NCBI GenBank assembly: GCA_041753515.1
Contig: JBGSUE010000056.1
Location: forward strand, 1 to 62,060
DNA: 62,060 bases
Direction of reading: 5' to 3'
Source of the DNA: Patescibacteria group bacterium
GTDB lineage: Bacteria; Patescibacteriota; Microgenomatia; UBA10105; UBA927
Part shown: one piece after another, positions 12,756 to 22,690 of the stretch
Position numbering within the stretch: position 1 is the stretch's first letter
Layout: each line of letters begins with the position of its first letter
Program-made: the position numbers and the translations under genes
The notes under the pieces: model-generated
What the model was told of the DNA's origin: nothing
Databases searched by the model: none
The model's input: the letters and a program-made list of their open reading frames with translations, nothing else

Positions 12756-13811
12756 ATGGACATACAGGAATTATTTTCGGAAGCAGGGAGGCTTGAAGCA
12801 TCGGATTTACATCTTTTATCAGGTTCAAACCCAATGCTGAGGGTCAACGGCGTTTTAGGTCCGGTGGAGAATTCTTCAGTTTTGACCGAATCGGATATCC
12901 AGCAGCTTGTATTCAGCGTGCTGACAAGCGAGCAGAAAGAATTATTTTTGACCAACAGGGAGCTGGATTTTTCCGTTGCCTCAACCGTTGGACGTTTCAG
13001 GGTAAATATTTATAATCAGCGCGGGACAACAGCTGCTGCGTTCCGTCTTATTCCGACAAAAATCCGCACGATCGAAGACCTTGGACTTCCTTCAATCTGC
13101 CATGAATTTGTTAAACTGCATCAGGGGTTTGTTTTAGTCACTGGACCCACCGGGCATGGGAAATCGACAACGCTGGCAGCAATGATCAATGAAATAAATT
13201 TGTCCAAAGCTGCTCACATAGTCACAATAGAGGATCCGATCGAATATGTGTATCCGGGAGGTAAATCCATCATTTCCCAGCGGGAGATGCATCAGGATAC
13301 GCATTCGTGGACAGTAGCATTGCGTTCCGTTTTGCGTCAGGATCCCAATGTCGTATTGGTCGGTGAAATGCGTGATTATGAAACTATCGGCGCGGCACTT
13401 ACCATCGCCGAAACAGGTCATCTTGTTTTTGCAACGCTCCATACCAATTCCGCCGCCCAGACGATCGACCGTATTGTTGATGTATTTCCGGAAAACCAGC
13501 AGTCGCAGGTGCGCCTTCAGCTTTCTTCTGTTCTGGAGGGTGTTATTTCCCAGCGTCTTGTCCCCGCCGTTGATGGCGGTCGGATTGCCGTATGTGAAAT
13601 CATGACGGCAACAGGAGCCTTGCGCACTGTCATCCGGGACGGAAAAAGCCATCAGATAGACAATATCATTCAGACATCGGCGGAACTGGGCATGATGACG
13701 CTAGAAACGTCGCTAGCCCAGGCCGTAGTTGAGAGAAAAATTTCCGTAGAGACGGCGACTAATTATGCTGTCCGGCCGGATGATCTGGCACGCAAGCTCA
13801 AACTTCAATAA
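12756..13811 (+). CDS. pilT: Type IV pilus retraction ATPase
   Basis: ASDLHL, GPTGHGKST, IEDPIE, QRE, AETGHLV, LRTVIRDGK (AIRNLIRE-like). Confidence 0.93.
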   Translation: MDIQELFSEAGRLEASDLHLLSGSNPMLRVNGVLGPVENSSVLTESDIQQLVFSVLTSEQKELFLTNRELDFSVASTVGRFRVNIYNQRGTTAAAFRLIPTKIRTIEDLGLPSICHEFVKLHQGFVLVTGPTGHGKSTTLAAMINEINLSKAAHIVTIEDPIEYVYPGGKSIISQREMHQDTHSWTVALRSVLRQDPNVVLVGEMRDYETIGAALTIAETGHLVFATLHTNSAAQTIDRIVDVFPENQQSQVRLQLSSVLEGVISQRLVPAVDGGRIAVCEIMTATGALRTVIRDGKSHQIDNIIQTSAELGMMTLETSLAQAVVERKISVETATNYAVRPDDLARKLKLQ

Positions 13812-13812
13812 T

Positions 13813-15024
13813 ATGGCATATTACACATACAGGGTTCAAAGCAAAGACGAAAAAATTATTACCGGATTGGTGGAGGCTCCCAATGCAGATGCAGCCGCTA
13901 AACTCCTGCGTGATAAACAGCTGTTTGTCATTACGCTTGAGGAAACCAAAGAGAAGATGGGCGTGCAGCAGTTCACCACGCGTTTTACGAAAGTAGGATT
14001 TTCCGATATCGTTAATTTTACCCGCCAGATGGCCACGATGATTGTTGCGGGTCTGCAGCTTCCCGATTCCCTGTCGATCCTGCGTGCACAGACGAAAAAT
14101 CCGGTCCTCTCATCCATGCTTGCAGAAAGTGAGCATCATATAGTTTCCGGAGGAAATCTGGCTGACGCTCTTTCCAAATATCCGAAGAATTTTTCCGAAA
14201 TTTATATTTCACTCGTTCGGGCGGGAGAATCTTCGGGAATGTTGGATCAGGTCATGACCAGGCTTGCCGAAACGATGGAAAACGAACAGGAATTCCGGGC
14301 AAAAGTAAAAGGAGCGATGATTTACCCGATCATCATCATTATCGGCATGGTCATTGTCGTTGCCGTCATGATGACCGTTGTTGTCCCGAAATTGACAGAA
14401 TTGTACAAGGAATTCGGTGTGACTCTCCCCTGGTCCACCCAGCTCTTAATATCACTTTCGGAATTTTCGGTGAAATATATATTTATCGTTATTCCGGCGC
14501 TAATAGGCGCAGGAATTCTTTTTGCCCGGTGGAAAAAATCCGTCATTGGTGAATTTGTGGTTGATTCAATGTACCTCAAAATCCCGGTTCTCGGGGAACT
14601 GCAGAAGAAAATTATCCTTGTAGAGTTTACACGGACACTGGGAATGCTGATCGGTTCCGGTATTCATATATTGGAAGGATTCAAGATTTTACGTGGAGCC
14701 CTCGGCAACGTCCTGTACCGCAATGCACTTTCGGAAATTGCCATGCAGGTGGAAAAAGGGATGAGCTTGGGGGATGCGTTTTCCCAGCACGAGGTATTTC
14801 CACCCATTGTGTCGCAAATGATGCGGGTTGGTGAGGAAACCGGAAAACTTGATGATACGCTATCCAAATTATCCAAGTATTTCCAGTCCGAAACCGAGCA
14901 TCTGGTGAAGGGCTTGACGACTGCAATAGAACCCGTCATTATGGTAGTACTGGGGGTGGGAGTCGGGTTCATTGTGATCTCGATCATCACACCGATATAT
15001 AGTTTGACAAATTCGATAAAGTGA
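13813..15024 (+). CDS. pilC: Type IV pilus platform protein (GspF family)
   Basis: FTRQMATM, AGESSG.L, AMIYP, VGEETGKLD, AIEP. Confidence 0.92.
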   Translation: MAYYTYRVQSKDEKIITGLVEAPNADAAAKLLRDKQLFVITLEETKEKMGVQQFTTRFTKVGFSDIVNFTRQMATMIVAGLQLPDSLSILRAQTKNPVLSSMLAESEHHIVSGGNLADALSKYPKNFSEIYISLVRAGESSGMLDQVMTRLAETMENEQEFRAKVKGAMIYPIIIIIGMVIVVAVMMTVVVPKLTELYKEFGVTLPWSTQLLISLSEFSVKYIFIVIPALIGAGILFARWKKSVIGEFVVDSMYLKIPVLGELQKKIILVEFTRTLGMLIGSGIHILEGFKILRGALGNVLYRNALSEIAMQVEKGMSLGDAFSQHEVFPPIVSQMMRVGEETGKLDDTLSKLSKYFQSETEHLVKGLTTAIEPVIMVVLGVGVGFIVISIITPIYSLTNSIK

Positions 15025-15050
15025 TTTATGCGGAATGGAGGTGAAAACGA

Positions 15051-15551
15051 ATGAAGAACAATAAAGGTTTTACCCTTATCGAGCTCTTAATCGTTATTGC
15101 CCTGTTGGGCGCCTTGGCAATAGGATTATTGGCCACAATCGACCCATTGGAGCAGTTGAAGAAAGGCCGTGACACGGCAACCCGGACGACGGTTGAAGAA
15201 TTTTACAACGGCAACCTCCGGTATTATGGAGCAGCAGGAGAATTTCCCTGGTCATCAGCATCAATAAATCCGTCTGTTGACCTTGAAACTGATTCCATGG
15301 TCACGACGGTACAACGGTTGATCAGCGCTGGAGAACTGAAAGGAAATTTTACAAGCGCTGCCGGAAGAGTACGATTGCAACGTGTGTGGATAAATTCTAC
15401 TGCAACGGATGATATTGCGGTTTGTTTTCAACCGGAATCCAAGAATTTCAGGTATGATCCAAATACAATATTTTCTAGTAATGCTGCAAACGCTACAGGA
15501 TGTTTGTCGCAGGGAGGGACAGATACATCATGTTATTGGTGTATTCATTAA
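15051..15551 (+). CDS. Type IV pilin, probable major pilin
   Basis: KG|FTLIELL class III signal; strong SD GGAGGTGA; C-terminal Cys; followed by a strong hairpin. Confidence 0.88.
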   Translation: MKNNKGFTLIELLIVIALLGALAIGLLATIDPLEQLKKGRDTATRTTVEEFYNGNLRYYGAAGEFPWSSASINPSVDLETDSMVTTVQRLISAGELKGNFTSAAGRVRLQRVWINSTATDDIAVCFQPESKNFRYDPNTIFSSNAANATGCLSQGGTDTSCYWCIH

Positions 15552-15570
15552 TTGAATAAGTTCAGTATAA

Positions 15571-15600
15571 TAAACACGCCGGAGAAATCTGGCGTGTTTA
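15571..15600 (+). terminator. Stable hairpin after the major pilin
   Basis: TAAACACGCCGGA-GAAA-TCTGGCGTGTTTA (13-bp stem, GNRA loop), ending 3 nt before the next ATG. Confidence 0.65.
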
Positions 15601-15603
15601 GGT

Positions 15604-17568
15604 ATGAAGAAACTATTTATTTTTATTGTTCTGGCATCTTTTTCTTTTTTTCTTCTGTTTCAGGTTACGCATATTCCGGCAGGTGATTCCGGTGATCTGG
15701 CAACAGCGGCAGCTGTCTGGGGTGTCGCCCACCCGCCCGGATTTCCCCTCTATACATTTCTTTCAGCAATTCTCGCTGATATTCCAATTCAAACGGTTGC
15801 CTGGCGGGTGTCTCTCATGTCTTCAATCCCTTCCGCTCTGTCTCTTGGATTTATTTTTTTCATCGTGTACCGCATCACGAAAAACCGTATCGCTGCCTTC
15901 ATACCGGTTTTATTTGCACTGGGGAATTATCCATTACTCACTTTCTCGATAATTCCAGAGGTGTTCGGACTTGCAACGCTTTTCTCAGTGTTGATCATAT
16001 ACACCATGATGCTCTGGTATCAGACTCATAATGAGCGATGGTTTGTACTGTCATGTGTGTTTTTGGTTTTTGGCGTCACACATCATCCAATTCTGATTCT
16101 CTTTATGCCGGCATGTATGGTATTTACCTATGTACATAAAAATTTGCTTCAGACGCATAGTATAAAAAAAGCTGCAGCTTGGTCGGTTTTCGGATTTTTG
16201 CCGTATCTGTATGTTCCCCTTGCGGCAATCAGAGAGCCTATTATCAATTGGGAGCATGCGGTAAACATAAAGAACTTTATTACACTGATATCCCGCGCAC
16301 GGTACGGCACTTTCCAATCAGCAGTCTCAATCGGAAATACTATGTTTGAACGGTTACTGAATATTAAGGCATATGGAAATCTTGTTTTGGAAGATTTTCA
16401 GGTGATAGGGATACTTCTTATACTTTTCGGTTTTTATTGGCTGTGGAGTAAAACAAGAGACTTATTCTGGTTTTTTTTCGCAGCGTTTCTGACAACAGGA
16501 CCATTGTATTTTTTTTACGCCAGTTATCGGCTTACAAACAGATTCGTATTAGGGACAATCGAAAAATTTCTGCTCTCGTCATACGTAGTGCTTTTTATTC
16601 TTGCCGGTGTCGGTTTGTATCAAATCATCATTTTTTTTGCGCGTCGTAAGATACTGCGCGGTATTCTAATTGTTGCAGTCTGCATTCAGACAGGAATATT
16701 GATCTCCTCTAATGTCTATCGTTTTTGGGGTATTGCGGATGATACGACAGCTGAAATTCTTGCAGCTGATATTCTCGATTCACTCCCCAAACATGCCATT
16801 TATTTTGTCTCCGGCGATACCCAACTTTTTACTTCGTGGTACATGCGCTACGCAATCGGATACAGACCAGATATTTATCTTATTTATTCCGGATCGATGG
16901 CAGAACCCGATTATTTCCGGACCATAGAGCACAACTTTCCGGAATTAAAGATTCCTTCGTATGACAGTGAAACGATGGTTCTTGATTTTATGAATGCAAA
17001 TATAACGGATCATGAGATATATGCGTATACCGAGCTTTTAAAACCGGACGGGTATTCATGGGTTCCGTACGGGCTTATGTACAAATTATATAAAGACACG
17101 GATTTGCCTACGTATGAAAAAATACTTGAGGATAATAATACATTGTGGTCCCGATATCGTTATAAAGAAGCGTCGTCTGGCATACTTTTACGGTACAACC
17201 ATCTGTTGCTTGCCGATGTTAAAAGCACATACAGCGGTGCCAGTCTTGATTTTGCCAAACTGTTTGTCGAATCCGGTTTTCCAAATGAGATGGTACCCTA
17301 TCTTGATCGGGTGATATCATTGGGCAATGACCTTGATGTGCCTGTGGCGTTCAAGTATCTCGGAATTGTATATCTGAACAAGGGCGACTGTCAGAAAGCC
17401 TTGGATAATTTTTCAAAATCTGAATCGTCAGCGTATGTTCCAGACTATACGATTTTGCAGCTGAAAGCCGTCACCTATAAAAATTGTCTGAAAGATGATG
17501 AAAAAGCTGAAATGTTATTTAAGCAGTACGAACACGAAAAAGCCAAATACGAAATCCCGCTAGAATAA
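15604..17568 (+). CDS. DUF2723/TMEM260-like GT-C membrane glycosyltransferase with C-terminal TPR-like helices
   Basis: GDSGDL, GVAHPPGFPLY, EVFGL, HH motif, many TM segments, GD...Y..RPD. Confidence 0.8.
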   Translation: MKKLFIFIVLASFSFFLLFQVTHIPAGDSGDLATAAAVWGVAHPPGFPLYTFLSAILADIPIQTVAWRVSLMSSIPSALSLGFIFFIVYRITKNRIAAFIPVLFALGNYPLLTFSIIPEVFGLATLFSVLIIYTMMLWYQTHNERWFVLSCVFLVFGVTHHPILILFMPACMVFTYVHKNLLQTHSIKKAAAWSVFGFLPYLYVPLAAIREPIINWEHAVNIKNFITLISRARYGTFQSAVSIGNTMFERLLNIKAYGNLVLEDFQVIGILLILFGFYWLWSKTRDLFWFFFAAFLTTGPLYFFYASYRLTNRFVLGTIEKFLLSSYVVLFILAGVGLYQIIIFFARRKILRGILIVAVCIQTGILISSNVYRFWGIADDTTAEILAADILDSLPKHAIYFVSGDTQLFTSWYMRYAIGYRPDIYLIYSGSMAEPDYFRTIEHNFPELKIPSYDSETMVLDFMNANITDHEIYAYTELLKPDGYSWVPYGLMYKLYKDTDLPTYEKILEDNNTLWSRYRYKEASSGILLRYNHLLLADVKSTYSGASLDFAKLFVESGFPNEMVPYLDRVISLGNDLDVPVAFKYLGIVYLNKGDCQKALDNFSKSESSAYVPDYTILQLKAVTYKNCLKDDEKAEMLFKQYEHEKAKYEIPLE

Positions 17569-19660
17569 TGATGCATGCGGTGACCGCGCTGATGAGCATT
17601 CCTGTTTTAAACATTTCGGCTTTGTAGGTGAACTGTACAGTGTGAGTCCCCCCCGGAACGAAAACAGCGCGCTGTTTCATGTTGGCGGCGTAAATTTCCG
17701 ATTTTTTTCCGTTCACGGACACCGTCCACCCCGGATAATATTTATCGGTCAATACAAGCATGCCGTCCGCGGGATTATCCTTAATTTGTACAGAAATTTT
17801 TGTATTGTCACCTGACTCGGTTAGTGTTATTTCGGGTTGTGCGGAAGATGAAGCAACAGGAGGCGGTGTGTGTTCGAGAAGCACTGAAAAACCGGGGATA
17901 AATGAGTCCGATTGCATGATATTCATGGCAGATTGGACCGTTGTTGCAGTTCGTACATCATAGGCGATATATGAACGCGGGAGGGTGCCCGGTAAGCCGT
18001 AGACGTATAAATTATATGAATCATGGGAAATCAAACCTTTCAATTCAAGTGCATCAAATGAATACGGACTGATGAGTGAGCCGATTGATTGAAGTGCTGC
18101 GAGTTTGCGTGTGGTAGCGCTGGCAGTTGAGATTTGTGATTGTTCGTCATGCGTTATCGAGCCCGTAAGACTCTGGTCAAAATAGAGAGCTCTGCGGTTG
18201 TAAATACCGGATTGTTCGCTATAGTGGGCAACATCGTATACGGCATTCGTATTCGGAAAAAGCGTATTTCGGGTGAAATAGAGATGATTGATAAGCCTGT
18301 CACCCTGATTTTGTCTGATATCTTCATACTGTTTTTCAACGGCAAACGTCATAATTCTTTCTCCGGAATTGAGGTATTTGAATATGTCCGGTTTTTCCAG
18401 CCATTCTTTTGCATTATAGAGTACGTGATATCCGTTCCAGGTATAAAATACATGGATCGTGTTGATAATAAGTAGTATCCATAAAAGTGGAGATTTGGTT
18501 TTTTTCCAGACGGAATCAAAACCGCGGGCAGACAAAACGAGAAGTATGAGTGTGAATATCCATAAAAACCGTGATGGGCTGCGGAATACGTTAAACGGCC
18601 ATATGGAATACATAAGATACGTCGGTGAATTGTTTCCGAGCATGAGAAGAAAGGACAATCCCAATGATAGCAATAGAAATATATCTGATCGTGAAAATTT
18701 TCTATTTTTCAATGACCAAAGTTCAACAAGAAGAAGTATGAGAGGTATCCAACCGAAAAATGAGGCATTTTCCCAGAAAAATACTCCATTGCCTGCTAAT
18801 TCCTGCGAGTAGGTTCCATTTACAGGATTGCCAAAATAAAACGGATTGATAAACGTAATGAAATTGGAAAGTGTATATGCGTAACGGCCGGCTGTTCCCG
18901 AATCAAATCCGCTGTTGACGATGGACTGGCCATAATATTCCTGAGACGGGAGAAGTTGGAATGCCGATAGGAGAAACGCTGAGGCAATACAGATAAAATA
19001 TATGATTCTTGGTTTGATCAATAAAGCATACAGCGCAGAAAAAATAAGTGTAATAAATACAGCCTGAGGGAATGTCGTCAGGATCTGCTGCCACAACAAA
19101 AAAATAAACAGAAGCACGTTTTTATATTCGGATTTATCTGACAGACGTTTGGTAGCCCAGAATATCCATGGGATGAGACTCAGACCCGGAATAACCATGA
19201 TGTGTTCAAGGCGCGGGATTGTGATACCGGATATAGATAGTGCAAGACCGGCCATAAGAGCTGCAGGAATACCTATTTTCATACTGCGAAGCCAAATGTA
19301 CAATCCAATACCGAATAATGAAAGTGAAAAAACGATAAACAGATTATAAGCAATAGCGAAATTGAAGAATCTGAAGAGAATAAGGTTTGGCAGATAAAAA
19401 AATCCGATTGCATCAGCATAGAGTGGATGACCGGTACCGATGAGAGATGTCCAGAATGGTATCCGGTTTTCTTGAAGAGCTTCCCACATGACGTATTTGA
19501 TTGAAATGCTTCTGTGCCATGAATCGCTTGCTCCGTAGTCAGGTGTGATAATCAGCTTCGGTTCCGGATAGAAATAGTGGAAAAAATAAACGGATACATA
19601 CAACACAATACAGAAAATAGAGATAAGATCATATTTCCATTTGCCTATCCGTGACGCCAT
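17519..19660 (-). CDS. YfhO-family GT-C membrane protein
   Basis: IPFW...GHPLYAD, FRSPSRF, C-terminal LVLTDKYYPGW...AN...RAVFVPGGTH. Confidence 0.82.
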   Translation of the reverse strand: MASRIGKWKYDLISIFCIVLYVSVYFFHYFYPEPKLIITPDYGASDSWHRSISIKYVMWEALQENRIPFWTSLIGTGHPLYADAIGFFYLPNLILFRFFNFAIAYNLFIVFSLSLFGIGLYIWLRSMKIGIPAALMAGLALSISGITIPRLEHIMVIPGLSLIPWIFWATKRLSDKSEYKNVLLFIFLLWQQILTTFPQAVFITLIFSALYALLIKPRIIYFICIASAFLLSAFQLLPSQEYYGQSIVNSGFDSGTAGRYAYTLSNFITFINPFYFGNPVNGTYSQELAGNGVFFWENASFFGWIPLILLLVELWSLKNRKFSRSDIFLLLSLGLSFLLMLGNNSPTYLMYSIWPFNVFRSPSRFLWIFTLILLVLSARGFDSVWKKTKSPLLWILLIINTIHVFYTWNGYHVLYNAKEWLEKPDIFKYLNSGERIMTFAVEKQYEDIRQNQGDRLINHLYFTRNTLFPNTNAVYDVAHYSEQSGIYNRRALYFDQSLTGSITHDEQSQISTASATTRKLAALQSIGSLISPYSFDALELKGLISHDSYNLYVYGLPGTLPRSYIAYDVRTATTVQSAMNIMQSDSFIPGFSVLLEHTPPPVASSSAQPEITLTESGDNTKISVQIKDNPADGMLVLTDKYYPGWTVSVNGKKSEIYAANMKQRAVFVPGGTHTVQFTYKAEMFKTGMLISAVTACIIILAGFRIWLFRVRTA

Positions 19661-19683
19661 ATACCGTAGTATACTAAAATTAT
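19661..19683. promoter_or_regulatory. Palindromic bidirectional -10 element (AGTATACT) for two leaderless genes
   Basis: TATACT on both strands within 19668-19675, 8 nt before the pilD ATG and 7 nt before the yfhO-like ATG. Confidence 0.6.
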
Positions 19684-20394
19684 ATGCTTCTGTATCTGTT
19701 TATTCTGGGTATATGTATCGGATCATTTTTGAATGTGGTTATTGACCGGTTGCCGGAGGGTAAAAAGTTAAACGGCAGGTCGAAGTGCGACCACTGCAGA
19801 CGGACACTGACGCCGTTTGAACTTATTCCCATCGTTTCATGGATTCTCCAGCGCGGGAAAAGCAGGTGCTGCGGCAGGAAACTGTCTGTTCAGTACCCTC
19901 TTATAGAATTAGCAACGGGTATCGGATTCGTGTTTACGTATATGCATTTCCAGTCGTTTTTATGGCTTGGGATTTTTTCAGTACTTTTAGCTATCGCCGT
20001 CATCGACCTTAAAACCCAGCTTATTCCTGATATTCTTGTCTATATTCTGGGCGGATTGGCTCTTTTTGCACTCCCCTTCCCTCCCCCTATTCTGCCTGCG
20101 CTTGGAAGCTGGGCATTCCTTTATGTTATATGGTTTATAACGCGCGGCCGCGGCATGGGATATGGGGACGTCAAACTCGTCTTTGTTTTAGGACTTCTTG
20201 CGGGATATCCGGGAGTCATCATACTTTTTTACACTGCTTTCTTGACTGGGGCATTAGTGGGTGTCATACTGATATTAGGAAAGTATTCGGGCTTGAAAAG
20301 TAAAATACCGTTCGGTCCGTTTCTGATTCTCGGAATTGTCATAAGCATTCTGTATCAGAATCGGATTATGGATTGGTGGAAAGGGCTATTATGA
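19684..20394 (+). CDS. pilD: Prepilin peptidase (A24)
   Basis: GSFLNVVIDRLP, RSKCDHC, GMGYGDVKL, IPFGPFL. Confidence 0.93.
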   Translation: MLLYLFILGICIGSFLNVVIDRLPEGKKLNGRSKCDHCRRTLTPFELIPIVSWILQRGKSRCCGRKLSVQYPLIELATGIGFVFTYMHFQSFLWLGIFSVLLAIAVIDLKTQLIPDILVYILGGLALFALPFPPPILPALGSWAFLYVIWFITRGRGMGYGDVKLVFVLGLLAGYPGVIILFYTAFLTGALVGVILILGKYSGLKSKIPFGPFLILGIVISILYQNRIMDWWKGLL

Positions 20395-20801
20395 AAAAAG
20401 GCTTTACACTTCTGGAACTGTTGGTCGTTATTGCTGTAGCCGCAATTCTTGTGTCGATTGCCAGCGCGTCGTATACGAGCGCGCAGAAGAAAGCACGCGA
20501 TGCCCGGCGCTCCAGTGACATGCATGCGGTCCAAAACGCCGCCGAACAATACTATGCGGATAATGTATTTTATCCTCCCAATGAAACTTTCGGTGCTGCA
20601 TATCTTCCGGCCGGTTTTCCGTCTGAACCAAAAACCGGATGGGATGCGTATGTATATACACCAATTGGAGTTGCTCCTCATGCAGGATATTACGCGTGTG
20701 CGAAATTAGAAAGTCCTAAAGGTAATGCAACTGCCTCAGACGGAACAGGATTTGGAACAACAACGACTGGAACACATTATTGCGTGAAAAATTTACAATG
20801 A
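20391..20801 (+). CDS. Type IV pilin / GspG-like pseudopilin
   Basis: KKG|FTLLELLVV, ARDARR.SD. Confidence 0.88.
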   Translation: MKKGFTLLELLVVIAVAAILVSIASASYTSAQKKARDARRSSDMHAVQNAAEQYYADNVFYPPNETFGAAYLPAGFPSEPKTGWDAYVYTPIGVAPHAGYYACAKLESPKGNATASDGTGFGTTTTGTHYCVKNLQ

Positions 20802-21205
20802 AAAAAGGTTTTACTTTAATTGAATTGCTGGTAGTCGGGACGATTTTGGCAGTATTGGCTGCAGGGGCGTTTGTGTCGTACTCCACGACCACTGCCCGGT
20901 CGCGGGACAGCAAGCGGCTAAGCGACATCGAACAGGTCCGTTCAGCCCTTGAAATGTTCAGAGCGGATAATGCGAGTTATTATCAGGCAACAGGATCAGT
21001 TGTGTCTACATTGGGGATCCTCTCTCCTGATTATATATCCAAGTTGCCATCCGATCCGAAATTCGCTTCTACATTTGATTATTATTATAATTCTGCCGCG
21101 CCAGCTGCAACATATGAGCTCTGTGCAAAAACGGAAAATCTCACCGATCCCGGAACATGTACGTGTTCAGATGCTAATTATAACTACTGTACGAAGAATC
21201 CATGA
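20798..21205 (+). CDS. Type IV pilin / GspG-like pseudopilin
   Basis: KKG|FTLIELLVV, SRDSKRLSD, LPSDP. Confidence 0.88.
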   Translation: MKKGFTLIELLVVGTILAVLAAGAFVSYSTTTARSRDSKRLSDIEQVRSALEMFRADNASYYQATGSVVSTLGILSPDYISKLPSDPKFASTFDYYYNSAAPAATYELCAKTENLTDPGTCTCSDANYNYCTKNP

Positions 21206-21208
21206 TGT

Positions 21209-21688
21209 ATGTATGAGAAAATTCAAAAAGGATATACTCTCATCGAACTTCTGGTTGTGGCAGGAATCATAGCCTCCACTATCGGATTTACTATAGCTGG
21301 CTACGGTGCGTTCAATAAATCCCAAAAAGTCAGGCAGGCGGCACTTACGGTGAAAAACAACCTGCGTCTTGCCCAGTCCAAAGCCATCAGCGCCCAGAAC
21401 CCGGGTATTGCCGGATGCGACGATCTTGTGGGGTATGAAGCATACCGGACAAGCGATACCACCTATGCCATCCGGGTTGTGTGCAATACTGCCTCCCCGA
21501 TCACTACTGCAGATGTGAATTCGTTTACTCTTCAGGAAGGAGTCGAATTTACCGGAAACTGGTCTCTTATTTTTTATCCACTTACCAGCGGTGTAGATGC
21601 GGCAGAAGTAATCGGTTTAGAGTTGCCTGGTACAACGTATACAGGAAGCGTAACAGTTGAAATGAGCGGCGATATGAAAGTGACCTAG
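21209..21688 (+). CDS. Minor pilin (FimT/GspH-like)
   Basis: KG|YTLIELLVV; LRLAQSKA. Confidence 0.82.
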   Translation: MYEKIQKGYTLIELLVVAGIIASTIGFTIAGYGAFNKSQKVRQAALTVKNNLRLAQSKAISAQNPGIAGCDDLVGYEAYRTSDTTYAIRVVCNTASPITTADVNSFTLQEGVEFTGNWSLIFYPLTSGVDAAEVIGLELPGTTYTGSVTVEMSGDMKVT

Positions 21689-21689
21689 T

Positions 21690-22103
21690 ATGAATAAAGG
21701 ACAGACATTGATCGAAGCGATTATTGCCACGCTAGTCGTTATTCTATTGGCAACCGGACTCATATCCGGTACGACTGCGGCCTTGAAAGCTAGCCAGAGT
21801 GCCCGCTACCGGGCACTGGGTACCAAAATGGCGCAGGAAGGAATTGAGATCGTGAGAAATAAGCGCGATGAAGGATGGAACGGATTTATCAGCCATTATG
21901 TGTTGACGGATGCAGTACCGAAAACAGCAACAGAAAATATCACAATTACAGAGGGATCACTGACATTTCAATTTACGCGGGATATCACACTTACCTACAC
22001 AAGCGGCAACCAGACAACGACGGTATTTGTTGATGTGACATGGTCAGAAGGATCAGCCACACGGCACGCAAAAGCAGAAACGATTTTAACGAATTGGAGA
22101 TAA
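21690..22103 (+). CDS. Minor pilin (PilV-like)
   Basis: KG|QTLIE; AQEGIEIVR; VDVTW. Confidence 0.78.
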   Translation: MNKGQTLIEAIIATLVVILLATGLISGTTAALKASQSARYRALGTKMAQEGIEIVRNKRDEGWNGFISHYVLTDAVPKTATENITITEGSLTFQFTRDITLTYTSGNQTTTVFVDVTWSEGSATRHAKAETILTNWR

Positions 22104-22104
22104 G

Positions 22105-22641
22105 ATGAAACGCGGTTTTACTATTATTGAAGTATTGGTAACCATTGTCATTGTGGCAATGCTTGGAATAGTTATCGTGCAGTCGTTTATAACGACGATT
22201 ACAACGAGCACAAAAACGGAGCTTATTAAGGATGTTAAACAGAGCGGTGATTATGTTCTGGAAATGATATCCCGTCGGGTACGTAATGCCGATACGCTTG
22301 ACTGTACAACCGCCAATGAGATACGTACAGTAAACCAGGACAATTCCCAATCACGGTTTTACAGTATTCTGAATAGCGGAGTCTGTAGAATTGCCGAAGA
22401 GTATACGGATCCTGTTGGTGCAGTGACTACTAATTATCTGAGCGCGGACAATCTGACGGCGGGTGATGTTTCCGGTTGCAGTACATATTTGTCTGTTTCA
22501 TGCACAATGATCGCAAGCCAATACGCAAAAGCCGCTGTTTCTTTTTCCCTTCAGCAGAAGCCGGCGGCGGGACTTAAACTGTATGAACAGGCGGCGCAGA
22601 AATTCGAGACAACGATCAGCTTGAGGAATGTCGTGTATTAA
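22105..22641 (+). CDS. Minor pilin (PilW-like)
   Basis: RG|FTIIEVLV; RRVRNA; C-terminal TISLRN. Confidence 0.8.
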   Translation: MKRGFTIIEVLVTIVIVAMLGIVIVQSFITTITTSTKTELIKDVKQSGDYVLEMISRRVRNADTLDCTTANEIRTVNQDNSQSRFYSILNSGVCRIAEEYTDPVGAVTTNYLSADNLTAGDVSGCSTYLSVSCTMIASQYAKAAVSFSLQQKPAAGLKLYEQAAQKFETTISLRNVVY

Positions 22642-22655
22642 TCTAAAATATATAT

Positions 22656-22690
22656 AATTACGAATTATGAATTACGAATTACGAATTTCG
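22656..22690 (+). repeat. Heptamer tandem repeat (AATTACG)x5
   Basis: aattacg aattatg aattacg aattacg aatttcg; spans the PilX-like start and encodes MNYELRI. Confidence 0.8.
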
